From assembly GCA_965248755.1 (NCBI GenBank), contig OZ252149.1, forward strand, positions 800,001-864,000: 64,000 nucleotides of DNA, read 5' to 3'. Origin of the DNA: Candidatus Latescibacterota bacterium. Lineage in GTDB: Bacteria; Latescibacterota; CBDEFO01. The notes below the pieces were generated by a model that saw nothing but the letters and a program-made list of their open reading frames with translations, did no database searches and was not told the origin of the DNA. Made by a program: the position numbers and the translations under genes. Shown here in pieces: positions 1-9,330 of this stretch (the first letter of the stretch is position 1; every line of letters starts with the position of its first letter).

Positions 1-374
1 CCAGATGCTGAAGCGGCTTCAGCCAGTTTCGATTCCTGAGAAATAACATCCCATAAATCAGGAGCTTCGATCTCCTGTCTTAGGGAATTGAGCCATTGAA
101 GAACGTGCCTATACAGTTGATCCCAGTTACCTGGGTATTGTCTATGTACCTGAGAATCTGGCCCTGGTGAATACTCTGTCCAATGCCTGTCTTCAAGAAA
201 ATCAAAGATAAAATAGTATCTCGTGTTCTTATGAATAAGTTCAGACACTTGTAGACCTGCAGTGTTTGTGCTATTACATTCTATCCATTGGAATTCTGAA
301 GGGTCAAGACCATTCTGTAGAATAGCTTCTAATACCACATTCTTCTGTGTCTTCAATATCAGATGTTTTGCCAT
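1..374 (-). CDS. Hypothetical protein, partial (3' end outside window)
   Basis: Manual translation from ATG at 374 (MAKHLILKTQKNVVLEAILQNGLDPSEFQW...EAPDLWDVISQESKLAEAASAS) is open to the window edge; absent from the ORF track because no stop lies inside the window. Confidence 0.7.
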   Translation of the reverse strand, partial: MAKHLILKTQKNVVLEAILQNGLDPSEFQWIECNSTNTAGLQVSELIHKNTRYYFIFDFLEDRHWTEYSPGPDSQVHRQYPGNWDQLYRHVLQWLNSLRQEIEAPDLWDVISQESKLAEAASAS

Positions 375-394
375 TTTTGCTACCTATATGTTTT

Positions 395-478
395 CACCTA
401 ACTGTTTCAATATTGCAGAAGTTCACCGTAGACGAATTTAGCTGAGAGTATCAGCCTGAACCTGCTATACTGCATGTG
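395..478 (-). other. Degenerate attC-like hairpin
   Basis: Minus strand reads CACATG-CAGTATAGCAG...CTGCAATATTG-aaaca-GTTAGGTG: imperfect inverted arms ending in a GTTRRRY core about 20 nt before the next ATG. The RYYYAAC half is degenerate. Confidence 0.4.
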
Positions 479-500
479 CGAAATCGGCTATTAATACTCC

Positions 501-1055
501 CTATGAGTTGTATTCCAACATGTCTCGCAGGGTTCTGTCTTTGCTTTTCACAAACTCTACATAGTGGCGCAACCGTTCGTACTTAGATTTTATGTCGGGG
601 GAATCTTCCCATATTTCTTGACCTTCGATCAGTCGCCGTATCTTGCCTCCCAGAACATCTACACCAGCCCAGTCTTTCAAAATCCCTGGGTTGAATAGTA
701 ACCACGCGAAGAATCCTTCCCAATACTTTCTTATCCAATCCCTCTCTGGCTTCGAAAGCTCATCCCGATCCCATATCCTATCGATGTAATCATGGGTAAT
801 GGACACCATCTGCTCTTCAGCGCTATCTGCTCCTTCTGTGTCTTTCAGTTTTTGGGTAGTTTCCTTCAACAAATCTGGGAAAGGATCGGAGAAACTCCAT
901 AGCTTGTCGAACTCTTGGTACCACTCATGTTTCACCTCTCTATGGCGTCGGCCAGGTGTTCTTTGAGATTCTTCGTCCTTCGTTTTATGAACGCGATGGT
1001 AGGGTCGTCCATAAATGATGAGATCAATCGTTTCATGTACCCATCCATTTGCCAT
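501..1055 (-). CDS. Hypothetical protein with His/Asp-rich, possibly metal-binding N-terminus
   Basis: Likely start MANGWVHETID at 1055 (track ORF starts 1109); pattern H..HxxxD..HRxxxH and later HDYID. Confidence 0.7.
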   Translation of the reverse strand: MANGWVHETIDLIIYGRPYHRVHKTKDEESQRTPGRRHREVKHEWYQEFDKLWSFSDPFPDLLKETTQKLKDTEGADSAEEQMVSITHDYIDRIWDRDELSKPERDWIRKYWEGFFAWLLFNPGILKDWAGVDVLGGKIRRLIEGQEIWEDSPDIKSKYERLRHYVEFVKSKDRTLRDMLEYNS

Positions 1056-1247
1056 TGTCTGTGTCCTTCCTAAGCCTTTCTCTGGCAGGATCGTAATGAC
1101 CCTTATCACTCAACTCGTTCATCTCAAAGCCAAAGTTCAAGAATCTCTTCTTTGCCGTCCGAGAAATAAGACGCGTAATCCCTATTTAAAGTAAACTGCG
1201 GGCCTGCAGCATTGTCCTACAAAGAATCCAACGATCAAACTGTTTTG

Positions 1248-1781
1248 CTACTTTTTATGAGTGGAGTATTTGCCTTCCCATTCCGCAATCCAGATCGTCT
1301 TCGAAATCGGCTTTCCCTTGTAGGTGCCACTTCCATGGATGTTCTCGAACTGACCTGTCCCTTTGGTAAAAGAGAAGGTCCCTTCAAATGTGATGATAGG
1401 GCGGCACTTGGGGGAAATGGTAGTAGTGACCTTTCCCTCCCATTTAAAGAAAACGGCATCGCCATTTTGGGTAAATTTTCCGTAGCCTTGCTCAGGTCCG
1501 TTTCCCTTAACAAGGTCACTGGATCCCATGACAACAATTTGAGCACTGTCCATGAACTTATGCTTACCTGTGCTGACATTAGTCCCTTCTGACTCGTTTA
1601 GGCCAATGACGTGACCCTCAGTATCACCAACAATAGCCTTTTCCTGTTTAGTGAAAGCGGCTGTCATCTTCCCTGCGATCTTGGTCTTATCCCCTGCTGT
1701 CGAAGACATCACACCGACAGCAAAGATCAGAGTGAGGCTAACAGCTAACACTATCGCTCTATTGGATGTAAGTATCTGCAT
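1248..1781 (-). CDS. Secreted hypothetical protein, predicted beta-rich
   Basis: Hydrophobic signal peptide, Gly/Thr-rich beta-strand pattern including GTFSFTKGTGQFENIHGSGTY; G-rich RBS upstream. Confidence 0.75.
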   Translation of the reverse strand: MQILTSNRAIVLAVSLTLIFAVGVMSSTAGDKTKIAGKMTAAFTKQEKAIVGDTEGHVIGLNESEGTNVSTGKHKFMDSAQIVVMGSSDLVKGNGPEQGYGKFTQNGDAVFFKWEGKVTTTISPKCRPIITFEGTFSFTKGTGQFENIHGSGTYKGKPISKTIWIAEWEGKYSTHKK

Positions 1782-1875
1782 AAATTTGACCCCCTTTTAT
1801 AACGTAACGTTAGGCCCACAGCTTCTTTTTAGATTTATTATCAATCTGGAAAGTTCGGGAAATTAGGCCCTTTGC

Positions 1876-2430
1876 TTATTCCAGCCCGAGTTGATCTGCC
1901 ACGCCCTGCATCGCCTTTATCACAAAGTCTATGTGCTCGTCTAAATCTACGCCTAACTCCTCTGCCCCCTCTTTGATGTCTTCTCTACTGACTCCGGCCG
2001 CGAACGCCTTCGCTTTCATCTTCTTTTTGACCGAGCTGACCTTCACGTCCATCACGCTTCTGGAAGGTCTGACCAGGGCGACGGCAGTTATGAGTCCCGT
2101 AAGCTCGTCAACTGCAAAGAGGGCTTTGTCCATAGGGCTCTTGCGCTCAAGGTTCAGGTACTGTGCGTGCGAGAGGATGGCGTAGATGATGTCCTCAGGG
2201 TAGCCCTCTTCGCGGAGGATCTCAGAGCCTCTGATCGGATGATCCTTGGGGTCCGGTTTCTCCTCGTAGTCAAAGTCGTGGATGAGACCGACTATGCCCC
2301 ATTTGTCTTCGTCTTCTCCGTATTTATTGGCGTAGGCTCGCATGGAGGCCTCCACAGCCAGGGCGTGTTTGATCAGACTGTCGCTTTTAGTGTATTTCTT
2401 CAGAAGTTCCATAGTACTTTCGCGGTCCAA
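1876..2430 (-). CDS. HDIG/HD-domain metal-dependent phosphohydrolase
   Basis: KHALAVE...GLIHDFDYE...ILSHA...FAVDELTG motif set; AGGAGG RBS. Confidence 0.92.
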   Translation of the reverse strand: MDRESTMELLKKYTKSDSLIKHALAVEASMRAYANKYGEDEDKWGIVGLIHDFDYEEKPDPKDHPIRGSEILREEGYPEDIIYAILSHAQYLNLERKSPMDKALFAVDELTGLITAVALVRPSRSVMDVKVSSVKKKMKAKAFAAGVSREDIKEGAEELGVDLDEHIDFVIKAMQGVADQLGLE

Positions 2431-2659
2431 AATGTACCTCCTTTTCTATCTGATTACGGATGTTCAAAATGTATCTTGCTCGACACATATAATACTTTCA
2501 CCTGACCCGAAAATCAAGCTATTTTTGCATCGCCTTCCTTGAGATGACACCAGATTCTGCTTGATTTATAAATGCCAAGTTCGTATTGTTTACCTGAGAT
2601 TGCAAAGATATTATCGGTTTGAGTGATTATGTTAGGTACAGAAAGGTAGGATAGCTTTG

Positions 2660-4255
2660 ATGACTGGCGGGGAAATACTTGTAGAGTGCCTCAAAGCCCA
2701 GGGTATCAGTATGATATTCGGCATGCCGGGCACTCATAATATTCACATCTACGACGCACTATACAAACGGGGTCAGGGGATTGATCGCGTCCTCATCCGC
2801 CACGAGCAGGGAGCCGCATTGATGGCTGACGGCTATGCGAGGGCTACAGGAGACGTAGGCGTGGTGCTGACCATCCCAGGTCCCGGTGCATCGAACGCCG
2901 CCACAGGGATAGGCGAGGCCTACACAGCCTGTGTCCCGGTTCTGCTGATCGCCGGCGGGACCGATGTCAAGCTCGCTGCCAAAGATAAGAGCAAGTTGAT
3001 ACACGGCCTCGACCTGATGTCATTTTTTGAGCCTATGACTAAATGGTGCGCCCGCGCGGATTCAGCCGAAGGGATCCCGAAGCTCATAGAGACCGCCTTT
3101 GGTGTCTTAAGGTCGGGCAGACCTGGCCCTGTGGTGATCGAACTTCCGAACGATGTCGCGAGCTCCGCAGCCGATTGTGATATTCCCGACATGGTGGAGA
3201 TGGAACGAATTGAGGGCGATATGGAGCAGATCGAGGCAGCGTCTGATCTGATAGTACGGTCGGAACTTCCTATAATTTTAGCCGGAAGAGGAGTAGTAAC
3301 GTCCGATGCACGGGACGAGCTTTGCCTTCTCTCCAAGCTATTGGGAGCTCCTGTTGTCACGACCCGTTTTGGCAAAGGGATTATGCCTGAGGACAACCCA
3401 CTAGCTCTGGGCGACATGGCCGGCCCTGTAGCTCGAAATGCCCTATCGGAAGCGGAAACAGTATTAGCGATCGGATGCCGATTCACTGAGTTAGATACGA
3501 GGAGCTGGTCTTTAGAACTTCCCGAACAGTTGATACAGATCGACTGCGATGAGGAGGAGATAGGGAGAGAATATCCGGTCGAAGTGGGAGTGGTGGGGGA
3601 CGTCAAGACCGTCTTAAAACAGCTTATAGACCAACTGAAATTGAGGGGCGATCGCGCCAACAGGTGCTGGGAACCTACGCCCCTAAGGATAGGTCAAAAG
3701 GTTGAAGAGAGAACCAAAGCTCCGATCCTCCCAGACCTGAGAGACGTTCTGGAACGGGATGCGATACTTTCTGTCGATGTGACGGTATTAGGGTACCGAA
3801 CCCGATCGGAATTTGAAATTTACTGTCCCAGGAGCTTCCTCTTTTCGGCAACTTATGCCGCGATGGGATACGCACTTCCGGCAGCATTAGGCGCAAAGTT
3901 AGCATATCCACAGAGGCAGGTCGTTTCACTCAGTGGAGACGCGGGATTTATGATGACCTGTCAGGAGCTTGCAACAGCTGCGCAATACGGGATTAACGTG
4001 GTGTCGGTCGTGATAAACGATGCCTGTTTAAGCTCGATAATGAGCGCTCAGAACAGATCGTGCGACGGAAGGTTTATAGATATCGACATTTATAACCCTG
4101 ACTTTGTGGACTTGGCCAGATCGCTCGGGGCACATGGGATGAGAGTGGACAAGTTGGAAGACCTTAAATCGCTCCTGTCCGAGGCCCTCAAGATGGATAG
4201 GCCTACTTTGATAGAGGTGAAAATGGATAAAGATGAGATAGTAGGTCTGACGTGA
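2660..4255 (+). CDS. Thiamine pyrophosphate-binding enzyme (acetolactate synthase large-subunit-like family)
   Basis: FGMPG, RHEQGAALMADGYAR, GRPGPV and GDAGF...N TPP-binding motifs; substrate not determinable. Confidence 0.9.
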   Translation: MTGGEILVECLKAQGISMIFGMPGTHNIHIYDALYKRGQGIDRVLIRHEQGAALMADGYARATGDVGVVLTIPGPGASNAATGIGEAYTACVPVLLIAGGTDVKLAAKDKSKLIHGLDLMSFFEPMTKWCARADSAEGIPKLIETAFGVLRSGRPGPVVIELPNDVASSAADCDIPDMVEMERIEGDMEQIEAASDLIVRSELPIILAGRGVVTSDARDELCLLSKLLGAPVVTTRFGKGIMPEDNPLALGDMAGPVARNALSEAETVLAIGCRFTELDTRSWSLELPEQLIQIDCDEEEIGREYPVEVGVVGDVKTVLKQLIDQLKLRGDRANRCWEPTPLRIGQKVEERTKAPILPDLRDVLERDAILSVDVTVLGYRTRSEFEIYCPRSFLFSATYAAMGYALPAALGAKLAYPQRQVVSLSGDAGFMMTCQELATAAQYGINVVSVVINDACLSSIMSAQNRSCDGRFIDIDIYNPDFVDLARSLGAHGMRVDKLEDLKSLLSEALKMDRPTLIEVKMDKDEIVGLT

Positions 4256-4482
4256 TGCTGTGATGAATATGCTTTCTGTGTGACTGAGGGTTTCGCCAAT
4301 CCTCGGTAGTATTTATAGAAGTATGGACTCAATCTTTTGGGGTACCTGACGACGGGCTTTTAGGAAGAAATATACTAAAGTATCCTTAGAAGGTCAAGCG
4401 ACTTGAGTAGGTGACTGCGACTGTTATCATAGATTGTGATTTTAATCTCTATGATCTTCTTTTTAAACACTTTTTGGCAAGA

Positions 4483-5602
4483 TTAGAGTAACCCCAGTTT
4501 ATTTTTGTCGGGTAAAGGCACATGGTATCCACCCTTGATAAAGATAGAGAGAAGAGAGTCAAGAATCAAGATTGGGAAGTTAAAAAGTTGAGGGTCGAGG
4601 TTTTCCGTGGGTGTATGTTCGGTTGCTATCTGGAGAGGGGTTTGGGATTCTTTGTAGCTATTATGTCTTTGGGTATTGAACAACCATTGATAGGTTTGGA
4701 GTTTCCGGCAGAGGTTGGCACGGTTGGTAATCTTGACGGTGTCGTAGAATTCGTATTCGATTAGGCCGTGGGCGCGTTCTACATCGGATTGGTATGTAGT
4801 AGCCCCTGGTGGGATGCGTTTATGTTCTATGCCTCTTTGTTGGATCAGGTCGGTAAAGAGGGTCTTTTTGAGGGCATCCTTGTGTATTGACGAATTCTGT
4901 TCCGTTGTCGGTCTGGATCTTTCGTGGATAGACCTTGTGGTCTTCCAGGTGTTGGAGTAATGCTTCGGCCAAGATGCAGGAGTTGATCAGGCTCTGTTCG
5001 TCTGTCAGGCTTACGAAGAGACCGCCTGTCTTGATATCTCTGGCAGTATACTCAAACATAGGGAGTTGGGCACCTGTTTTGTAGTGTTGTTTCAGGTAGT
5101 TGGGGATATCGCACAGATGTTTGACATCGATCTGGATATATTCCAAGGGGCGTAGTTTCTTTTTCCACTGGCAGACAAGTTTCTTTCTCCTCCATTTTCG
5201 CCTGCGTTTCTTTATGAGATTGTGTTTTTTACAGATAGCATAGGCAGTCGGCTTGGAGGGGATTTGATCAGTTGGAACATTTTGTTTTTGGAGAAAACCC
5301 AATAGATACGGATATCCCAAAGAAGGATGGGTCTGTTAGAACTTTACAATCAGCTTTCTGATCTCCCCCGGTAACAAACAGTGAGGGTTTATGGGTGCTT
5401 TCGTATGATTTTCTAGACTCTTCAAGGATCGGTCTTCAAGATAACGTTTGAGCCATTTTCTTATGCTCTTGCGTGTTGTGTTAAAAGCCCTTGCAGCATA
5501 CGAGACACCGTATTGTTGAGCAGTCTGAACCATCTTGATACGAAGATCAACAGGATTAGGATTAAGAACAAGAACATCACTGTAACTGATAGCATTCTCC
5601 AT
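4483..5602 (-). pseudogene. DDE (integrase-core) transposase with one premature stop and one frameshift
   Basis: HTH (AARAFNTTRKSIRKW), in-frame TAA at 5336-5338, IQIDVK and IQTDNG, then a frameshift near 4880 to a frame reading IPPGATTYQSDVERAHG (catalytic E). Confidence 0.85.
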
Positions 5603-5688
5603 GGTATCTACCCTCCTTTTTTCAGTCCTCACCTAAATATAGGCAAAATTATCCCGTGAGGGTGGATACCATGTGTCTTTACTCTTCT
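4506..5688 (-). mobile_element. Decayed IS481-like insertion sequence
   Basis: Inverted repeats TGTCGGGTAAAGGCACATGGTATCCACCCT (4506-4535) and the reverse complement of 5659-5688 (AGAAGAGTAAAGACACATGGTATCCACCCT) flank an HTH + DDE transposase. Confidence 0.75.
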
Positions 5689-5706
5689 TTGAAGAGATCA
5701 AATATG

Positions 5707-5734
5707 TTGACATTTCTAAATTCTGGCTTATATT
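5707..5734 (+). promoter_or_regulatory. Putative sigma70 promoter
   Basis: TTGACA-N16-TATATT about 200 bp upstream of the 5935 operon. Confidence 0.45.
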
Positions 5735-5934
5735 TATCGCTTACACTACTCCCACGCTACTTGCACACTCTTACCAGGACCCTGCTTGGGGAAGACCAAA
5801 TTTTTCGATGTGTGAGTTGGATCACTGCGAAGATCCCTTTAATCTTTAGATTTTAAGTGATTAGCTAGAAAGGCAATATGTACCCGTTGAAGGTATGCTA
5901 TCTTAATGGTTCTTCTTATTAAGGAACTTTCAGA

Positions 5935-8100
5935 ATGAACATATTGCTGCTCGTAGGAAAGGCCGTGTTAGTACTGATTCTGCTTTCAGATGAGGCTTAC
6001 GGATACATAGACCCGGGCACGACGGGCTATGTGTTCTCCGCCCTTGCGCCCATAATCGGTGGGATACTCCTTTTCTTCGGCTTCTTGATCCGACCTTTTG
6101 TAAGATTATTCAAATTTATCGCCAGAAAGTCCAAAGAAAAACCTAACGTGGCGATACCCCTTGTGTCTGTAACGTTTTTGGGAGCTGTAGCTGTAGCGGT
6201 TGCCTTTATTTTTGAAGGGGAAGGAGACGAAATCGCAATGCCCGATGTTAAGTTCGAAAGAGTCATAGTTTTAGGCATAGATGGCCTCGATCCGAATATA
6301 TTGGAGGATCTGATGGAGGTAGGTGAGCTACCCAACTTTGACAAGCTAAGAAACGAGGGGACTTTCAGACCCCTTTCTACCAGCAACCCAGCTCAAAGTC
6401 CAGTAGCGTGGTCCTCGATGGCCACTGGAAGCAACCCGGGCTACCACGGAATATTCGATTTCATCATCAGAGATCCGAAAAAATACCTGCCCGATCTTTC
6501 ACTGATGAAGATCAACAAAAAGAATATCCTCGCTTCAAGAGAATCGATGTTCTTACGCACGCGGAAGGGCACGGCCTTTTGGGAGGTCACGTCCAAAGCT
6601 GGCATCCCTACAAACGTAATCAGATGGCCCGTCACATTCCCGCCTGAAGAGGTTAACGGACATATGTTTTCTGGACTTGGGGTCCCTGACATAAGGGGTA
6701 ATTTAGGGCGCTACGCTTTTTACACGACTCGTCAGCTGTCCGAAGATGAGGAGGGCAGGGAGAAGGTCATACAGGTTGCTCTGAACAACCGCACTATCAA
6801 GACGTCCATATCAGGCCCTACTGTCTCAAAGATAAAGGGGAAAAGGGACGTCGAGATCCCCATGAAGATAAACATCCACAACGAAGATTCAGGCGTAACT
6901 TTGGACATCGACGGCAAGTCATACTCCCTTAACGAGAAAGAGTGGAGCGACTGGATCAAGCTCGATTTCAATCTGGGGTTTTTAAAACGCACAGCGGGCA
7001 TCGGTCGCTTTTATCTTTCGAGCGTAAAGCCCGAGGTAGAACTTTACCTTTCACCCATTCAGGTGGATCCTGAGAACGCGGCTTTTCCGATCACTTATCC
7101 AGACGAGTACGCCAAAGAGCTTGCCCAAAACATCGGCTGCTATCACACCTTGGGGATGCCCGAAGACACGAAGGCTCTGTCAGAGGGCCGCTTGGATGAG
7201 GACGCTTTTTTGGAGATGTGCGACCAGATAATGTCCGAACGGGAAAAGATGTTGTGGCACGAGCTGGATCACTTTGACAAAGGGGTCTTGGCGTTCGTGT
7301 TCGATACCACCGACAGGATACAGCACATGTTCTGGCGAACGAGGGACCCCGAGCATCCCATCTACGATGAGGAAATAGCGAAAAAGTACGGCGACGTCAT
7401 CGGTGACTATTATCGCCGCATGGACAGAATCCTCGGAAGGATGTTAGAATATTTGGATGAACAGACAGTCCTTATCATCGTCTCAGACCATGGATTTTCC
7501 TCCTTCAGGAGAGCAGTACATCTCAACTCATGGCTGGCAAAGAGCGGCTTTATGGAGCTCAAGCAGCCGCCCCAGCAGGGAGAAGACTATGCGCTGTTCC
7601 AGAATGTCAACTGGAGAGGGACGCAGGCTTACGCTTTAGGATTCGGGAGCATCTATCTCAATCTGAAAGGTAGAGAGGGAGCTGGAATAGTAGATGATGG
7701 AGAGGAGGCAAAAATGGTAAGGGATAAGATAAAAGATGCGCTTATGCAGTTGAAAGACCCACAAACAGGCCAGCTCGTAGCAAAGCGCATCTACACGAAA
7801 GAGGAGCTCTACAGGGGACCCTATACCGATCAATCGCCCGATTTGGTGGTCGGATTTAAGGAGGGCTATCGGTTCTCCTGGCAGACGGCTATCGGCGGAA
7901 GCCCCCGTGGACTCTTTGAAGACAACAATAAGAAATGGTCCGGCGATCATCTGATAGATCCGAGTTATATCCCCGGAATATTCCTTATAAATCAAAAGTC
8001 AAATGTCCAGAGCCCGCGTCAGATAGATATAGCTCCTACAATCCTAAAGTGCTTCGGGATACCCAGAACAGATGAGATGGAGGGGATTTCTCTTTTATAA
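5935..8100 (+). CDS. Membrane-anchored alkaline phosphatase superfamily protein (type I phosphodiesterase/NPP-like) with YIDPG N-terminal module
   Basis: Signal peptide, AYGYIDPGTT and two TM segments; then LGIDGLDP, SPVAWSSMATG (Ser nucleophile), DRIQH, VSDHGF, WSGDH, DIAPT. Confidence 0.88.
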   Translation: MNILLLVGKAVLVLILLSDEAYGYIDPGTTGYVFSALAPIIGGILLFFGFLIRPFVRLFKFIARKSKEKPNVAIPLVSVTFLGAVAVAVAFIFEGEGDEIAMPDVKFERVIVLGIDGLDPNILEDLMEVGELPNFDKLRNEGTFRPLSTSNPAQSPVAWSSMATGSNPGYHGIFDFIIRDPKKYLPDLSLMKINKKNILASRESMFLRTRKGTAFWEVTSKAGIPTNVIRWPVTFPPEEVNGHMFSGLGVPDIRGNLGRYAFYTTRQLSEDEEGREKVIQVALNNRTIKTSISGPTVSKIKGKRDVEIPMKINIHNEDSGVTLDIDGKSYSLNEKEWSDWIKLDFNLGFLKRTAGIGRFYLSSVKPEVELYLSPIQVDPENAAFPITYPDEYAKELAQNIGCYHTLGMPEDTKALSEGRLDEDAFLEMCDQIMSEREKMLWHELDHFDKGVLAFVFDTTDRIQHMFWRTRDPEHPIYDEEIAKKYGDVIGDYYRRMDRILGRMLEYLDEQTVLIIVSDHGFSSFRRAVHLNSWLAKSGFMELKQPPQQGEDYALFQNVNWRGTQAYALGFGSIYLNLKGREGAGIVDDGEEAKMVRDKIKDALMQLKDPQTGQLVAKRIYTKEELYRGPYTDQSPDLVVGFKEGYRFSWQTAIGGSPRGLFEDNNKKWSGDHLIDPSYIPGIFLINQKSNVQSPRQIDIAPTILKCFGIPRTDEMEGISLL

Positions 8101-8138
8101 AAGTAGAAAAAAGCTCCTAATAGCTGGAGACGAAAAAC

Positions 8139-9290
8139 ATGATTCGACCTCATGGTGGAAGGCTCATAAACAGATTATTAGATGGAGATGAAAAGGAAGC
8201 AGCGCAGGAGAGGACGAAGTCCCTGCCTCAAGTTAGGGTCGAGGATGAAATCCTGCAGGACGCCGAGAACATAGCAAAAGGCGTCTTCAGTCCCCTTGAG
8301 GGTTTCCTTTCAAGAAGCGACCTGGAGAGCGTCCTTTCAAAGGGCAGACTTAAAGACGACACGCCCTGGACTATCCCCATTCTTCTGGATGTGGATGAAT
8401 CGGACGCTCGTAGGTTTAGGGAGGGAGAAGATGTGGCGCTGGCAAAGAAAGATGGGGAGCCTGCGGCTATCTTGCACTTAGAAGAAAAATATACGTGTGA
8501 TAAGGAAAATATGGCTCTTTCCACCTTCGGTACGACGGACAGGAATCACCCCGGCGTGGAGGGGGTTTACCGCATGAAAGATATACTCCTGGGGGGAAAG
8601 ATCAGTCTGTTTCGAGAAATGCCTGACCCCTTCAAAGAGCACAATCTGCCCCCCGAAGGAACCCGAGCCGAATTCGAAAAGAGAGGTTGGAGGACGACGG
8701 TGGCGTTCCAGACCAGGAACGTTCCGCACGGAGGACACGAAAATCTACAAAAGACAGTCCTTGGGCTCGTGGATGGGCTTCTGATACAGCCTGTGATCGG
8801 CAAGAAGAAGAAGGGAGATTTCAAGGACGAGATTATCATCGAGACCTACAAGTTGCTTATAGAAAATTACTTCACAAAGGACAGGGTCCTTTTGAACATC
8901 CTCCCCTTCCGGATGAGATATGCAGGTCCCAAGGAGGCTATCTTCCACGCTATAGTCAGGAAGAACTACGGGTGTACACACATAATCATAGGCAGAGACC
9001 ACGCAGGCGTCGGAGACTACTATCACCCTGAGGCCGCAATAGAGATATTCGACGAGTACGACGACTTGGAGATACAGCCCATAACGATAAGGGGGGACTT
9101 TTTCTACTGCACCGTTTGCAGGCAACTATCCAGCGACAGGACGTGTCCTCACGGAGAGGACAAGCACATCAACTTCAGCGGCACAGCCATAAGAAAGTCC
9201 ATACTAGAAGGGAAAATGCCGCCCCAGGAGATCATGAGACCGGAGATCTTCGATGCCTTGAGCCGAAGCTCGAACCCTTTTGTGGAGTAG
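8139..9290 (+). CDS. sat: Sulfate adenylyltransferase (ATP sulfurylase)
   Basis: PHGG start, FSPLEGF, AFQTRNVPHGGHE, MRYAGPKEA, GRDHAGVG, Zn-binding C-xx-C...C-P-H. Confidence 0.96.
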   Translation: MIRPHGGRLINRLLDGDEKEAAQERTKSLPQVRVEDEILQDAENIAKGVFSPLEGFLSRSDLESVLSKGRLKDDTPWTIPILLDVDESDARRFREGEDVALAKKDGEPAAILHLEEKYTCDKENMALSTFGTTDRNHPGVEGVYRMKDILLGGKISLFREMPDPFKEHNLPPEGTRAEFEKRGWRTTVAFQTRNVPHGGHENLQKTVLGLVDGLLIQPVIGKKKKGDFKDEIIIETYKLLIENYFTKDRVLLNILPFRMRYAGPKEAIFHAIVRKNYGCTHIIIGRDHAGVGDYYHPEAAIEIFDEYDDLEIQPITIRGDFFYCTVCRQLSSDRTCPHGEDKHINFSGTAIRKSILEGKMPPQEIMRPEIFDALSRSSNPFVE

Positions 9291-9330
9291 TTGCAAAGTA
9301 ACCAGTAAAACTACTAAAGGAGAAAGCACA

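Noticed and set aside
8139..9290. Dissimilatory sulfate reduction
   Set aside because: sat is paired with APS kinase, and no aprAB, qmo or dsr genes are present in the window.
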